Shown in pieces: positions 11,148 through 23,549 of a stretch of DNA of 40,585 bases. The notes under the pieces are model-generated. The model was not told the origin of the DNA. It made no database searches and saw only the letters and a program-made list of their open reading frames with translations. Origin of the DNA: Octopus bimaculoides. Its lineage: Eukaryota. The translations under genes and the position numbers were made by a program. How positions within the stretch are numbered: position 1 is the stretch's first letter; each line of letters opens with the position of its first letter. The stretch lies in the NCBI RefSeq assembly GCF_001194135.2, contig NC_069002.1:21678352-21718936 (forward strand), in the 5' to 3' direction.

Positions 11148-11339
11148 AAGAAGAAGAAGAAGAAGAAGAAGAAGAAGAAGAATTTAAGATGGCAGTAATG
11201 AATGAGTAACAATGTAACATGTCTAGAAAACCTATTGTAGATCGAAAAAAACTATACTCTCAATCAAGATCGATCCTATATTTTCGCCACCACCGAGAGA
11301 CGATTAAAGCGACTCACCTTCTATGAAATACACCACCGA

Positions 11340-11552
11340 CACTAACAAGCGTCCATTTATACCTTCGCTAGATCTGCTAGAAATAACAACCAAATAACCT
11401 ACAATGCTTCTCCTGCCGTCATAAAAATGTGATAATGGACAATGCCATCCGAGATAAATAAAAAGGTAATATGAGATGGCCACGGATGAAACGTATTTTT
11501 AACACAGACCTATAAAAATGTGGCTGAACTGGGGCTACACAACGGCAACAAC
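11340..11552 (+). mobile_element. CAA-tailed SINE (family E), degenerate
   Basis: AGATCTGCTAGAAATAACAACCAAAT...GCTGAACTGGGGCTACACAACGGCAACAAC; similar remnants at about 26685-26860, 29470-29660 and 31480-31600. Confidence 0.6.
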
Positions 11553-11986
11553 CATACGGGGATGCCAACAAGTCGTGTATTCCCAGAGGTAGAAGAGGAC
11601 TTATTCGAAAAGAAATTCAATTCGACATTGGACCAAGTGGAGTTAGGCTTGATATGTTCGTTCAACGAAAATGGGTAATAAATATATCTAACGATTAAGA
11701 CGAAAGAAGAGAAAAGCAAAATGCAGTAGGATTCCATGTTTAAGGAGAACATAACAAAAGCGAAATGTCTATGAAGCGAATATCTGAACCTATCTGGCAC
11801 CAAACTACCGTTGCTGATATTACTGAGCTGCGGGAGAATAAGAAAAATCAATCTTCTTTCAACTAAGTATTGATAAGATACATTTTGTTTCTCTGGTTCG
11901 TTTCTCTGATCTCTGGAACAGAAATAGGTTTGCAGGAATCTGTGGATTGCGTGGAAAAAGAATGCAATTCTTCAGGGCAAAAACGT

Positions 11987-12027
<41 letters not shown>

Positions 12028-12424
12028 AAAATAATATTTATCCCCACTTAAAGTGGATGTTGCGTTAGAACACAAAATACTGCGTTATTTACCATGAGAA
12101 AACCTTTCATATAGACTTGTGGGGCATATAAGTACTCATGTTTATATTGCAAGTGGGAGATAATCCTCCTCTGTCGCTGCCATATATGTATGTATATATT
12201 ACATATAAATATTTGAAGTTGGTAAAGAAAGAGAGGAAACAGAAAATACGGACTTTGTGGTAAGTGTGTGTATAAACTGCAATTGAAATTATTGTTGGAT
12301 ATCTGGTGTTATCGAAATACTTGAAATGACATAATCAGGTGGACGAATGTCTAAAGCATAAATATAAAGCTGACGATAGACATTACAAACATATCGCTAA
12401 AATACTGATCCTTTATTTCCACAG

Positions 12425-12485
12425 CACTCAAATCAATAAGACAGACCCGACATCATTAACAGAAATAAAAGAGTTAATGGGTTCA
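12425..12485 (+). CDS. weak candidate exon (TQINKTDPTSLTEIKELMGS), phase 2 to 0
   Basis: Strong acceptor CCTTTATTTCCACAG, weak donor TCA|GTATTG; phase fits 10561-10636; could instead be LINE debris. Confidence 0.2.
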
Positions 12486-13169
12486 GTATTGTTATGAAAG
12501 ACTGGACAAATAGAATAAGCCAGTTAATAAATATAATAAATAAGTGTTTACTGACGGGATTGTTACACAATGACTGGGTAAATATACAGAGAGAACCTCT
12601 TAGAAATAGAGACACAAAGGATTTAGGTCGGGGCGGAAATAATATGCCACAATATTCTGATTCTAATTAAATTCAAGGGCAATTGTGAGACCAGGCTTGA
12701 CACATCCATGTTATATAGCACAGAGAAAATTGTGTTAATGGTTAGGACCGTGATTGTTAAGTTGCAGATTCGATATCTGTAAAGGGCGACACGCTGTGTC
12801 CCTTCACAGCAATTCACTTCACGTTGTTCACGTTGTTCCAGGCCGTTTGACTGAAGATAAGAATTAGCGACAGCAGCGATTTGACCCTGCGATGGACCAG
12901 AGTCAAGTTCAGGGCAAGATTATGCTCTAAGTCGTTCACATGCATTGACAACCGAGATAAGCACCGGTTTAATGAGTCTGTCGGCTTGTAACAGATTTTA
13001 CTTTATTATCTCTTAAGAAGAATTTTTAAAAAACAACAAAAACAAAAAGAAACAAAAGAAGTGGAGGCGATGAGAATAGAGATGTCAACAATAGTTGTGG
13101 AGATATCAATAATAACACTAATGTTAGTGATTCAGTTTGACAATATAAACTTGTGGCCGGATGATACAG

Positions 13170-14905
13170 TCTGTGACCATCTTGGTAGACAGTGGCATCA
13201 CGTTTCATTAGAAGAAATATCCCCTCAGCTACTGACAGGATTCAGCTGCTTTATCACATAGGAACTAAACAGGAATTTTAGGATACAGGTATCACCAGCT
13301 TACCATTCAAACAACAACCGATAAAACAAATCATATGAAGAGTAGAGAAGCTTTTAGAGAACAAAAAGCATTGTGATAGCAACGAAAATTATTACAAGCA
13401 ATGCACAAAAAGGTAAGGAATCACAGGAGTTTAATACATTGTTATGTATAGCCGAAGTGAAACATTTCTGATACACTAGGATATAAACAGTGATAAAATA
13501 TGAAGGATTAAATACAAGTGTATCGTTGTATTTATGTTAATGAGAAGAAGAGTAAATAGAAAGATAGGGGTTATCGTTTACGCAGCATAAAATGTAACCC
13601 TAATACCCACTCGACCAGTTAACAGTAACTAAGAAACCTTTTGAGGAAAAGAACAACAAAATCCTTGGTACATGAATATTAAATATAACATCAGTGATGT
13701 CAATAAGGTTGCGGAAACTTGAATACTTAGAACAAAAACAAAAAAAAGCACCCTATGTAAATGAAGTTAGAAAAGGAACAACAACAGAGGAAAACGATTC
13801 TGTAAAAACCACGCCTTGTAAACAACTCGTTAAAATTCTATGGAACAAAACTCGATTACTATAAAAATACGTCAACACGTTTAGTAAAGCAAAGACAATA
13901 ATTGGGAGAAGATCAAGCTAGTAACAATAGAAATTGTAAAACTCTTTCTCTAAAATAATACTTGATGTGAGACTTGCAAGGAAAACATTAAAGCATTCGT
14001 GTTTCGAGTGTCATTTGAAATTTTCCTCAACTCGATACTGTTTACCTTCAACAACCCTAACCAAGTCTTTGGTTGGCTCTGTATTGGGGGAATAACAATG
14101 GTCTACAAGGACAGATCATCACAAAACACGACTAACAACTCGATCTCTTCTTAACCGTAGGACTATCGATTAGTTGATGCAGGTTGATAGGAATGTATGA
14201 AAAATACAATGTCATTAGCCTGGATCGATTTCAAAAAGGTATTTGATTTGGTTCAAAGTGGCTGGCTTCATAAAATCCTGAATTTACATCGATTTGATGA
14301 TGCTGTTAGAGAATTCATTGCAACAATAATAAAGATATGACGAACAGTTCTTACGGTCGTTAATAACATCAAGACTCACAGAACTCCAACTTCACAAGAA
14401 TCTCTGTTGAGATGTTCCATGAAGATAGAACTTCTTTCCATCATATAACTCTATACATGATATCTTTAAATTGCTTAATTTTTTAAAGAAGCCAATTTGA
14501 GATATTACAACGCGAGAAGAAGGCCAGGTTCATCCAGCATTGCTTCATGTTTGACCTAACATCATATGAAAGGTTTCTCGAGATATGAAGCAGTTTCGTA
14601 AAGACATTTTGATCTAAGAAAATTAAGATGAGTTACACTGGAGTAAGAGATTTGAAACTCCTGAAATGAGGGGCGGGGAGTTAATACAGAAATTTGATTT
14701 GATATTTCGCTGATTAACAAATACTTGGGCATTGGTGAGAGTGAGAAACTGTATGAAGGCTACGTGAACGATGACGAAAATATACGTGAGGGTGTAGAAT
14801 GAGCTAACAGTGGTCAGTAGTACGACTTCGGATCAAAGAATGTAAATAGAAGTATAGTAAAAATCTGACAATATAAATTCTTGATTTATTGCAATTCCCT
14901 TACAT
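13170..14905 (+). mobile_element. decayed R4/Dong-like non-LTR retrotransposon (reverse transcriptase region)
   Basis: Collinear RT motifs with stops and frameshifts: FNNPNQVFGWLCIGGITMVYK, MSLAWIDFKKVFDLV (14209), MFHEDR.., IQHCFMFDL, KYLGI (14719); MAWIDYKKAYD is characteristic of the R4 clade. Confidence 0.8.
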
Positions 14906-15322
14906 TCGTGAGAAAGTAAGCAAAAGCCGAGTGGCGATTGCCACTGGCTTTGAATGAGAAGGGGAGATAATCCTCAAAATGAATAATTCTCCGAAATTGG
15001 CATCGACAGATTTTTGTTTTTTATCTATTTTTCTGGAGAACATAAAACAGCTGTGATTCAACTGTAAATTGATTTCCGAATATTCTGTCTCTATTTATTA
15101 AACCTGTTGACGTTAATCTGTATACAAAAATATAACCAGAAGATCATATAACATATAAACTGAAAAGCAAAATATCTGTATACACACAATAAATAAAATT
15201 CAGTTTAATGTTTCTTATATTACAAACAAAAGACATAGACATGCATATGTACATGCATACAGACAGACAGACATACAGACAGATAGATAGATTTGTATTA
15301 CGTCATACATATATGCATGAAT

Positions 15323-15380
<58 letters not shown>
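15323..15380. repeat. (GATA)n array at the 3' junction of Tx1/L1-like copy 1
   Basis: Direct reading. Confidence 0.97.
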
Positions 15381-15381
<1 letters not shown>

Positions 15382-16199
15382 TGTTTCTTTATTAGCCACA
15401 CAGGGCTGAACAGAGAGGGAACAAGTTACAAAGTAGAGCTTTTCTTTTTGGGGAGGAGAGGAAAGGAAGAAAAAGGTGGGGGTAGATTTTCGATCAAAAG
15501 AGATCGTAAAAAAAAAACGATCAATAGGGATCGTGTATCACAGAAACGTTATGATGTAAAGTGTAAAGGAGGAAACAGATTAGGTTTATCCGTGGGAAGA
15601 AAAGCCTTCGGAAAAGAGCACGGCAACCTTGGCCAATAATGTCATGCAGAAAAACACATTACAGTAAGTGACTCTCTTTTTACCTTTTCTTTTTTTCTAG
15701 TTCATAGAGTTATGCTCAAGGTGGCTCCGTCATTCACGCGTGCCATCCTTGCTAAATTCACCCATCTTTTCTTGAAGCATTCAGTATACACAACTTCCCT
15801 CTCTACTCTTACCTTCCTCTTCAAGTGATACTTGAAGAAGTTGATGAGAGATTCACCAGAGAGGAAAGTGTTTGTCTCTAGACCTTTCAGACGTGTCCAC
15901 CATACACATTCTTTCACCATAGCCACAAGTACAATAAAAACAGCTCTTCCTTCCCGTTTCAAGGAAGGAGGCGCGACAATATTCACGATAGACTCGGCTG
16001 ATAAACTGACTCGTCCCACACGCGATAGCAGTCGTTCGACATATGGCCACAGGTCGGAAACGGTTGGACACTGTACGAGTGCGTGCAGGACGGTTTCGTC
16101 GCTCTATCCGTAGAGCTTATCCCGAACGGTTAGCGCTTCCAGATAGCACTGCCAGGCTAGGGATCTCTTGAAGTTTTCCATAGGTCCCGGCCAAAGATG

Positions 16200-16200
<1 letters not shown>
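15381..16200 (-). mobile_element. 5'-truncated Tx1/L1-like LINE, copy 1 (ORF2 C-terminus, 3' UTR, AATAAA)
   Basis: Reads NFKRSLAWQCYLEALTVRDKLYG*SDETVLHALVQCPTVSDLW...LVAMVKECVWWTRLKG...CFKKRW (zf-RVT-like region with the CxxC part apparently deleted); stop at 15702; AATAAAAGAAACA at the 3' end. Confidence 0.85.

Positions 16201-16252
<52 letters not shown>
16201..16252. repeat. (GATA)n array at the 5' junction of Tx1/L1-like copy 1
   Basis: Direct reading. Confidence 0.97.
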
Positions 16253-16254
<2 letters not shown>

Positions 16255-16974
16255 TTGTATTTATGTATCTATGTACATGTGTGCATGTATATGCCTGTAT
16301 GTAAGTTTGATTAAAATGTAAACCTGAAATAAAACGCGAAGCCATCTATAAGATCTAATTGTTATAAATTCCAGGCGGATCCGACGATTCAGAAAGAAGC
16401 AATCAATTTCGCGAAAATAAAATGTTTATTGGAAATAGAATGATGTTCTATAGAGAGTAGGAAAAAAGAAGAAAACGTAGAAGTACATAGAATTCGGTGA
16501 AGGAACTGAACAACTGTTGAAAATTGGAATTCAAAAAAATAACTTCACCAAACCCCAATAGATCCAAATCCATGAAACAAATTAACGAGCGCTCCCTATC
16601 GAACCGTGGACACCAATAAAATTTGAAAACGTCCAAAGAGAACTAATTAAGAAAGGAAATTTTGACGATGGATATGTTGACAATGATGAAACTGCTCTTT
16701 CTGGTTGACAACTGGGAGAAAAAAAAAGTGAAAGAATCGAATATATAACTGATTGCATAATAACTGTTTCGTTTTAGCAACACCGGTTCGTTCTGTATGA
16801 AGGACTTTAGCGGAGATCACTGCGGAACATGCAACAGAATGAAAACTTCCGTCGGGGGATTAACGTCGCTTTACGATGGAATGAATTCCTCTGCAAACCC
16901 CAGATACCAAAAGCAAACGTATATCCGCCAAGCAATTCTCTTCCTCCTCTTCTAACATTCTTGGTCATTAATTT

Positions 16975-18520
16975 AGAGGAGGGTGAATTCATTTAGCTGC
17001 TTGACCGTTTCTCATGACTCTTGCTGATCCTTATTTACTGCCAGAGACAGCACAGAACCAGTAGAAACTGGTACAGCTCCGACGTTTCTCATGATCTAAG
17101 GTGTGTTCTATCCTCTGAGAGATCGCTGTGTAGCATATGGGGGGGGGTTGTTAAATGACCTGTTAAGAACAGATTCTGTGTTAGTTTGGTATTAATTTGC
17201 TCAAAGGTAAAGTAAAGATCAAGGATGTTTGAAATGTTTGAGTGTCAGTTGTGGAATACGATTCTACGCACCACCTCTTTTGTGCCTCCTACCCACCTAC
17301 TCCACCATATACAAGTGCTTTCTCTACTGTTCTCCGAACCCCTCCACCTTTCATCATTTGTTCAACCTATTTCTTCCAATATCGAGAGCATCTTTCTCAG
17401 TGAAGTTATCGTCCTCACTCACTGCAACACTCACAACTCAACCTAACTCTCAACATTCCTTCATACTGATGCAGCCATGGCCGGAACCGAACCATTCAAA
17501 ATCTTCACCTCTCAACAACAGCTAGTTTCATTCCCTTAGATGTGTCCCTCACTTGACACTCAAGCATTCCAGACATCCTATAGATCTTCATCTTACCTCC
17601 GAGCAAATTAATATCAAACCAACCCAGAATCTGTTGTCAGGTCGTATAACAATACACACCCATATACTACACAACTATCTCCCTGGTGATAGAGCACACC
17701 TCAAATCATGAGAAACATCGGAGTTGTACCAATTTCTGCCGGTTCTGTGCTGTCCCGGCAGTAAATATGGATCAGCAAGAGTCATGGCCAAGCAACTAAG
17801 TGAATTCATTCTCTTCGACAAGTTCCTTCACATCTCCCCACACATACCAATTTTATGTCGAGTGCTATATTTTAAAGAAAAAAATCATTGTGTTCCACGT
17901 GGAAGAAATCGTCAAACACGACAAAATGAACGGCGCTTAAGCAGCACTAATACGTCTGGAGAACCATCATCGAGCCAGATTCATGCATTCTTCATGTTCC
18001 AGATGAAGGTTTTGCACCTTAGCCACCAAGATCGCAGTCATTCCAGCTGCCAAAATGCAGTCGATGGCTTCCGACCCTTTGCTTAAAGGATCTCTAACAA
18101 CTTTGTTGTCTCTTCTTTTGGTTTATCCCCCATTAGTAATGGCAACGGCAGAATTTCACCGATGGACAAACCGTCCGCATCCCACTCTTCCTACTTTTAA
18201 TTCAAATCTTTACAGCACTCACACTTCAACAACGATCACTTCCAAACCTTGTTCCTTACCATTCTATCAGGCCACGTCGATCACCACATACATGCTAGCA
18301 GCATCATACATCTCCACTCATTTGAAAACCATCACACCGCCGACCGTGACAAAGTCCCATCAAGTACACTCCCCCCCTGCACCCTACAACGAGTCCCTAT
18401 CTCCATCAATACAACAGCAGTCTGCGTCGTTCTCCAGAAGAGAGAACCCTCTGCACTCACCATTTATCATCAAAGCACCGCCAAAGTGATCGTTATTAAC
18501 AATGTTTTAGCTACCTTTAA
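16975..18520 (+). mobile_element. rearranged, decayed Penelope-like retroelement RT remnants including an inverted 5' segment
   Basis: Degenerate PLE-type motifs in order: ESVLNRSFN (ESVL.KGL.F), ILHVPDEG (IKPADKG), SDP, TTYMLAASYISTHLKT, VINNVLATFNS; a second fragment VLTHCNT...DAAMAGT; 16975-17258 is an inverted copy of 17541-17815. Confidence 0.45.
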
Positions 18521-18989
18521 CTCGTATGGTAGGGCTTATAGACATACAGGAATACAGACATATGCAAACATACACATGCACACATAGACACATATATACA
18601 TACATACACACACATACATATATATATATATANNNNNNNNNNNNNNNNNNNNNNNNNNNNNNNNNNNNNNNNNNNNNNNNNNNNNNNNNNNNNNNNNNNN
18701 NNNNNNNNNNNNNNNNNNNNNNNNNNNNNNNNNNNNNNNNNNNNNNNNNNNNNNNNNNNNNNATTATATACACATACACACATATAAATGTTTATATATA
18801 CGCATATATATGTATGCATAACAGACATATATGCATATATACACACCGTCTTACCTGATGTCCTTCTGAATATTTCCTCTGATTCATATCATTCTATTCT
18901 ACTATTTGTTCATTCATTCCTTTCTCTTTTCTTCTGTCAATCATCCACCACCACTACCTCTACTACCACCACGACACCACCGCCCTGTA

Positions 18990-19510
18990 CCTACATCTAT
19001 ATTATCTACTCGCTCTACTCCTCTCTCTCTCTCTCCTTCCCTTCCTTTCTCATTTTCACGCCCACATTCACTCATTCTTTGTGTCTATCTTTTTCTTACT
19101 CTCTTTTTTATTATCTCTTCTTTTTTTCTTTCTATATCTCCCTCTTCCTCTCTTTCTCTCTTTCTCTCGTCCTCTCCTTTGTTCCATTCCATTCTTTCTA
19201 GAAACCTAAATAAAGAATTTCAACCTCTCTCTTACTCGCACACTTCCTACTTCACTCTCCCTCTCTCACTCTTGCTCTCTTACTCGCACACTTCCTACTT
19301 CACTCTCCCTCTCTCCCTCTTTCTCTCTTACTCGCACAATCCCTCCTTCATTCCCTCTATCTATCTGTCTATCTATCTATCTATCTATCCGTTTCTCTTT
19401 ACCCTTCGTTTTTTCTTTCCCCTAAGTGCTTTTTTCTTTCTCTCCCCTTCCTTTTATTTACTTCATCCCTCTCTCCACTTTCTCTCTCTGTTTCTCCTTC
19501 ACTCTCTCAC
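18990..19510. repeat. CT-rich low-complexity tract with a ~45-bp tandem unit and (TCTA)n
   Basis: CTCTCTTACTCGCACACTTCCTACTTCACTCTCCCTCTC repeated at about 19226 and 19276. Confidence 0.85.
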
Positions 19511-20024
19511 CTCAAGCCCCTGTTCTATCCAAAACGCGGGTGGTTACGTATTTACAAGATAACACAACATAGCAAGCAAATGAGGTTTCGTGTTAGCCAC
19601 AACTTCATTATAAAACCAGCATCAATGTTGAACGAAAGTATAACATATGGTGAAGATACAACATAGCCAAGAACACCGGGGCGAAGGTGAGAATCGCTAG
19701 GTGGTGCTTCGATCAGTTCGATAATAGCAACCGAAGGCGGGAAACAGTCCATGTTGTTCAAAAGGACTTGATTTATTTTACCGCATTGATCACCAACGAG
19801 AGACTCACGACTACCCGTATGATATATACGGTAAAATCAACTCGGCAGGAATATAATTACAAAATAATTCATGAGATTTGCGCAAACCAGCCGGAATCTA
19901 ATCAAATTACATATCTTTCTTAATATGTTCTGGCAGATTTGAGTGTGGATATGAAAACCGCTGCTGTATTTCGTCATTAGAGAACACCCCCTCATAACAT
20001 ACGTGATTCAATGAGGTAAGGGGG

Positions 20025-20073
20025 CTGGGAAACACAGCAGTGTTTCGAACTTATTGTGTCTCTCCAGTCAAAG
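20025..20073 (-). ncRNA. decayed type I hammerhead motif
   Basis: CTTTGA-CTGGAGA-GAC..GTTC-GAAA-CAC TGCT GTG-TT-TCCCAG; core A6 substituted; stems I and II partly mismatched. Confidence 0.45.
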
Positions 20074-20315
20074 CCTTATCCGGATCAATTAAATCTAGAC
20101 GTGTGTAAATACAGAAATCAGCAAAATTATTATGTACTGATACATCCTCATGTCTGCCAAATCGATAATTTATGAGGTGCACTTAAAATAGCGAGAATCA
20201 AAGCAAAAGACCATCCTTCATTTTTATTACTTTTTCGTAGAGTTTGAACAGAAATAAAACGATTGCTGTTGTATTTCGTCTCCAGAAATATATCTACCCC
20301 TTGTATCCGAGCTTG

Positions 20316-20366
20316 CTTTAACTGTTGAGACTCAGAATAAGGTCGAAACGTTGCAATGTTTCAGAA
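20316..20366 (+). ncRNA. decayed type I hammerhead motif
   Basis: CTTTAA-CTGTTGA-GACT..GGTC-GAAA-CGTTGCAATG-TT-TCAGAA; 4-bp stem II, palindromic stem III, core A6 substituted. Confidence 0.5.
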
Positions 20367-21164
20367 TCCTCTTAAATCAAAGAAGTGCATATCTAAAAAA
20401 AGAAAAGTTTGTCTCTGAGGACGAAATAAGACAGCGAATCTGCCAGAATGCATTAAGAATGAATAGATGCGTTATTAATTCCAAAATATTTGTACTATAA
20501 GATAAATGAAGGAGGAAAGATAAAATTAGGAATTGTTCCGAAGTAAATGTACAAATTTAGAGACAGTTGTTAACCGAAACATGATTGACGGTGGCGTGTG
20601 TCAAAATGTCAGGCTGCAACTAAATAATAGAAATAAAAACAAAATAAAAACAGAAATTAAAACAATAAGAAAGGGAGTTAAATCAATTTTAGAAAACTTG
20701 TAGATTATCAAAATAGTCTAGCAATTAATATTCAACAGCTGCAGAGGAGTTGTGACGCTGACAAAAGTACAGAAATACAACGAAAATTTTGACACCACGA
20801 CAAATAAATGTGGGTGAATATAATAGGTTTGAATTCTTTACATAAGTCTTTAATGACGTAATTGCTATAATAAAGATTGCGTAGAATTATAGAAAAATAA
20901 TTCGTATGATTCCAATCTTTATTTTTTAACCGTGTGTTGAAATTAAAATACGCGTAAATTAGATTCTGCTGAGGTAAATTCCACCAGTGCACTACACCAG
21001 TACCATGCCATTTCATTAAACTAGTTGAACGAGTTCCTAAGTAACATATTGTAATACACGAGTGTTTCTTGCCGTGAATAGCGGATGCAATTAGTGGAGA
21101 GTTAAGAGTCTCTAAGTTCCTGAAAATTGAATCTGATATTCTTCCTCTACATCTAACGGCGACT

Positions 21165-21376
21165 GTTTTAATATTGGCCTCAAACCAGGAATTTTGACAG
21201 GAGGAGGCAAGTGGATTTTATCGACACCAGTATTTAACTGGTACTTATCTCATCGAGTCCGAAACGATGAAATCTTAGCCGACCTCTGCGGAATTTGAAG
21301 TCGGAAAGTAATGATCTGGAAGAAATGCTGCCAAGCATTTTGTCCGACGTGGTAACAATTCTGCCAGTTTGCCGCA
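21165..21376 (-). mobile_element. degenerate family A SINE
   Basis: AACTGGTACTTA...GACCTCTGCGGAATTTGAA...TTCTGCCAGTTTGCCGC. Confidence 0.8.
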
Positions 21377-21398
21377 TTCTACTGTCTTTTTAATATTC

Positions 21399-21575
21399 TT
21401 TCCTGCTCTAGTCGATTAGATCAACCCCAGTACGCAACTGGTACTTAATTTATCAACCCTGAAAGGATGAAAGGCAGAGTCGACCTCGGCGGAATTTGAA
21501 CTCAAAACGTAAAGACAGACGAAATACCGCTCAGCATTTCGCCCGGCGTGCTAACGACTCTGCCAGCTCGCTGCC
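21399..21575 (-). mobile_element. family A SINE with probable imperfect TSD
   Basis: High similarity to 1068-1299; flanks CTGTCTTTTTAATATT and CTGTCTTTTTGATATT. Confidence 0.92.
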
Positions 21576-21608
21576 TTATTCTGTCTTTTTGATATTAAAA
21601 ATAAACAA

Positions 21609-21790
21609 AGCCACGAGCTGGCAGCCTCGTTAATACGGCGGGCAAAATGTTTATTGGCGTTTCGTGCGGTTTTACGTTGTTAGTTCAAATTCCATCGAAG
21701 TCAACTTTGTATTTTATCTTTGACGCGTCGACAAAATAAGTACCAGTTGAATACTGGAGTCACCTCTCTCACACAATTCTTTTCTTTGCA
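21609..21790 (+). mobile_element. degenerate family A SINE, head-to-head with the previous copy
   Basis: CGAGCTGGCAG...GTTAGTTCAAATTCC...AAGTACCAGTTGAATACTGGAGTC. Confidence 0.8.
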
Positions 21791-21869
21791 CCAAATTTTG
21801 AAACCAATATAAATGATAATCGGTGGATGTTTATTAACTTTGTCATTGGACTACAGTCAAGCTAGGACA

Positions 21870-22520
21870 CGGCTTTATATGGCAACACACTTCATAATAA
21901 ACGAATGAGCAGTAGGTAACCAAATGCGTTTCTTACTTAAATAAAAATAATAAAATGCAAACCGTTTGGTAAATATCGAGTGTGATAAAAGATAGTCATC
22001 CGGTTTTATTGTCGAAAAAACATAACTCTTCCCGCATATAGATTTGCACGCCATTAACAGATTAGTGTGATTAATGGAGGTGATGCAGTTTAAGTTGAAC
22101 TTCTGTAGATGAAATCCTTTAAGGAAAACTTGTGGAGAGAGAGGGGGGAGGAGAGGTACGGGTAATGGTCCGGGGAGTTGAGCTCCTTTTTGTATGTTGA
22201 TGATGTTTCTAGAGAACATGTAAGCAGGAAATGTGTTATTTTCGTAGATTTGATGTCTCTGGAGTAAACATGGGCAGGTTGAAGTCTAGTTGAACGTTCC
22301 TTTCACAGCCTCATGGATCTAAGTCAATCGTACTATCGGGCAAACTGGCAGAGTGTCTTCTAATGTAGCCTCGAATTGTCCAGTATCTTCGGAATGGAAT
22401 TTCATAGAAGGAACCAGTGTTAAAGCCCAGAATGGATGGGTGGATGGGTAATTTTCCTTTGAGATTTGAGAAGTGAGTGACGAAACATGTTGTTAAACAA
22501 CTTCAACAACATAAGCGCAA
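21870..22520 (-). mobile_element. decayed Penelope-like element 3' region (post-RT and GIY-YIG-like)
   Basis: Frameshifted minus-strand reading NSIP...KERS...; QKFNLNCITSIN; ITLIC..LYAGR...NRMT resembles the PLE pattern C.SSNVIY.I.C..C...YVG.T...RM. Confidence 0.4.
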
Positions 22521-22540
22521 CAGTAAAAAGAAAAAAAGTC

Positions 22541-22968
22541 AGTGATTGAGTGATCGAGTGATCGAGTGATCGAGTGATTGAGTGCTTGTTTCATCGAGTA
22601 ACTGAATGGCTGATTAATTGAGTTGAGTGAGTTCAGTGAGTGATTTAGTAGGTGATTGAGTAAATTAGTGTGCGAATGAATGAGTGAGTGAGTGAGTGAG
22701 TGAGTGAGTGAGTGAGTAAGTGAGTGAGTGAGTGAGTGAGTGAGTGGGTAGGTGAGTGAGTGAGTGAGTGAGTGAGTGAGTGAGTGAGTGAGTGAGCGAG
22801 TGAGTGAGTGAGTGAGTTAGTGAGTGAATGGGTGAGTGGGTGAGTGAATGGGTGAGTGAATGAGTGAGTGAGTGGGTAGGTGAGTGGGTAAGTGAGTGAG
22901 TGAGTGGGTGAGTGAGTGAGTGAGTGAGTGAGTGAGTGAGTGAGTGAGTGAGTGAGTGAGCGAGTGAG
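22541..22968. repeat. (GAGT)n tetranucleotide array
   Basis: Direct reading. Confidence 0.97.
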
Positions 22969-23549
22969 GGGATGAATATGTTTGTTGGGTAAAAATATAA
23001 AGAGAAACTAAGATAATGTACATGCGAGGAGGAAGGGTGGATTGGCTTCTATGTCTACCCCAGTATCTAAATGGTAATTTTGTCAGCAAACTAGAAAGAA
23101 ACAAATAAAAAGCTGACCTGTGCAGGATTTAAATTGGGAACATGAAGGGATATGAATAAACATCACAGGGTATTGTGTAGTAGAACGCTCTACCGATTCT
23201 CTCAATAGCCACCACTTTCTCTCTTCCCCAATAACAGCGAAAAAGAAATTCGAAATGTGTTCATGTCAACGTACGAGCGGCTGAGTATTCCACAGACGCG
23301 TGTATCGTTAATATAATTTTCATAGAAAATCAGCGTTGCTCTATGTGTGTGCGGCAAGGTTGAATCATTGAATTATGTGTACAATCCAAACGACAGGCTT
23401 CCAAACAGTTCCCCCCCACACACACACACACACACTTCTACCCAAGTTCACACACAAGGCCTGCGTCGACCCGTGGTAAAGGACACCCAACATGGAGAAT
23501 CGAACTCATGACCACCTGGCTGTAAAATGGTGTCTTTATCTCTTCTCTA

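Noticed and set aside
11560-12700. Possible L1/Tx1 ORF1 and ORF2 debris
   Set aside because: Coding-like composition with multiple stops, but no diagnostic motif I can name
16340-16975. Coding-like A-rich block next to the Penelope-like remnant
   Set aside because: Only short open stretches; cannot be assigned to a family
17225-17720. APE-endonuclease (Jockey/CR1) interpretation
   Set aside because: Penelope RT motifs fit in better order and the inverted structure favours a PLE; no GDFN or SDH motif found
18857-18867. Minus-strand 11-nt microexon before CAG|GTAAGA
   Set aside because: The acceptor has no pyrimidine tract
20732-21217. ~160-codon stop-free minus-strand frame
   Set aside because: It runs into a SINE, has AT-driven composition and no motif; the length is borderline for chance in 40 kb
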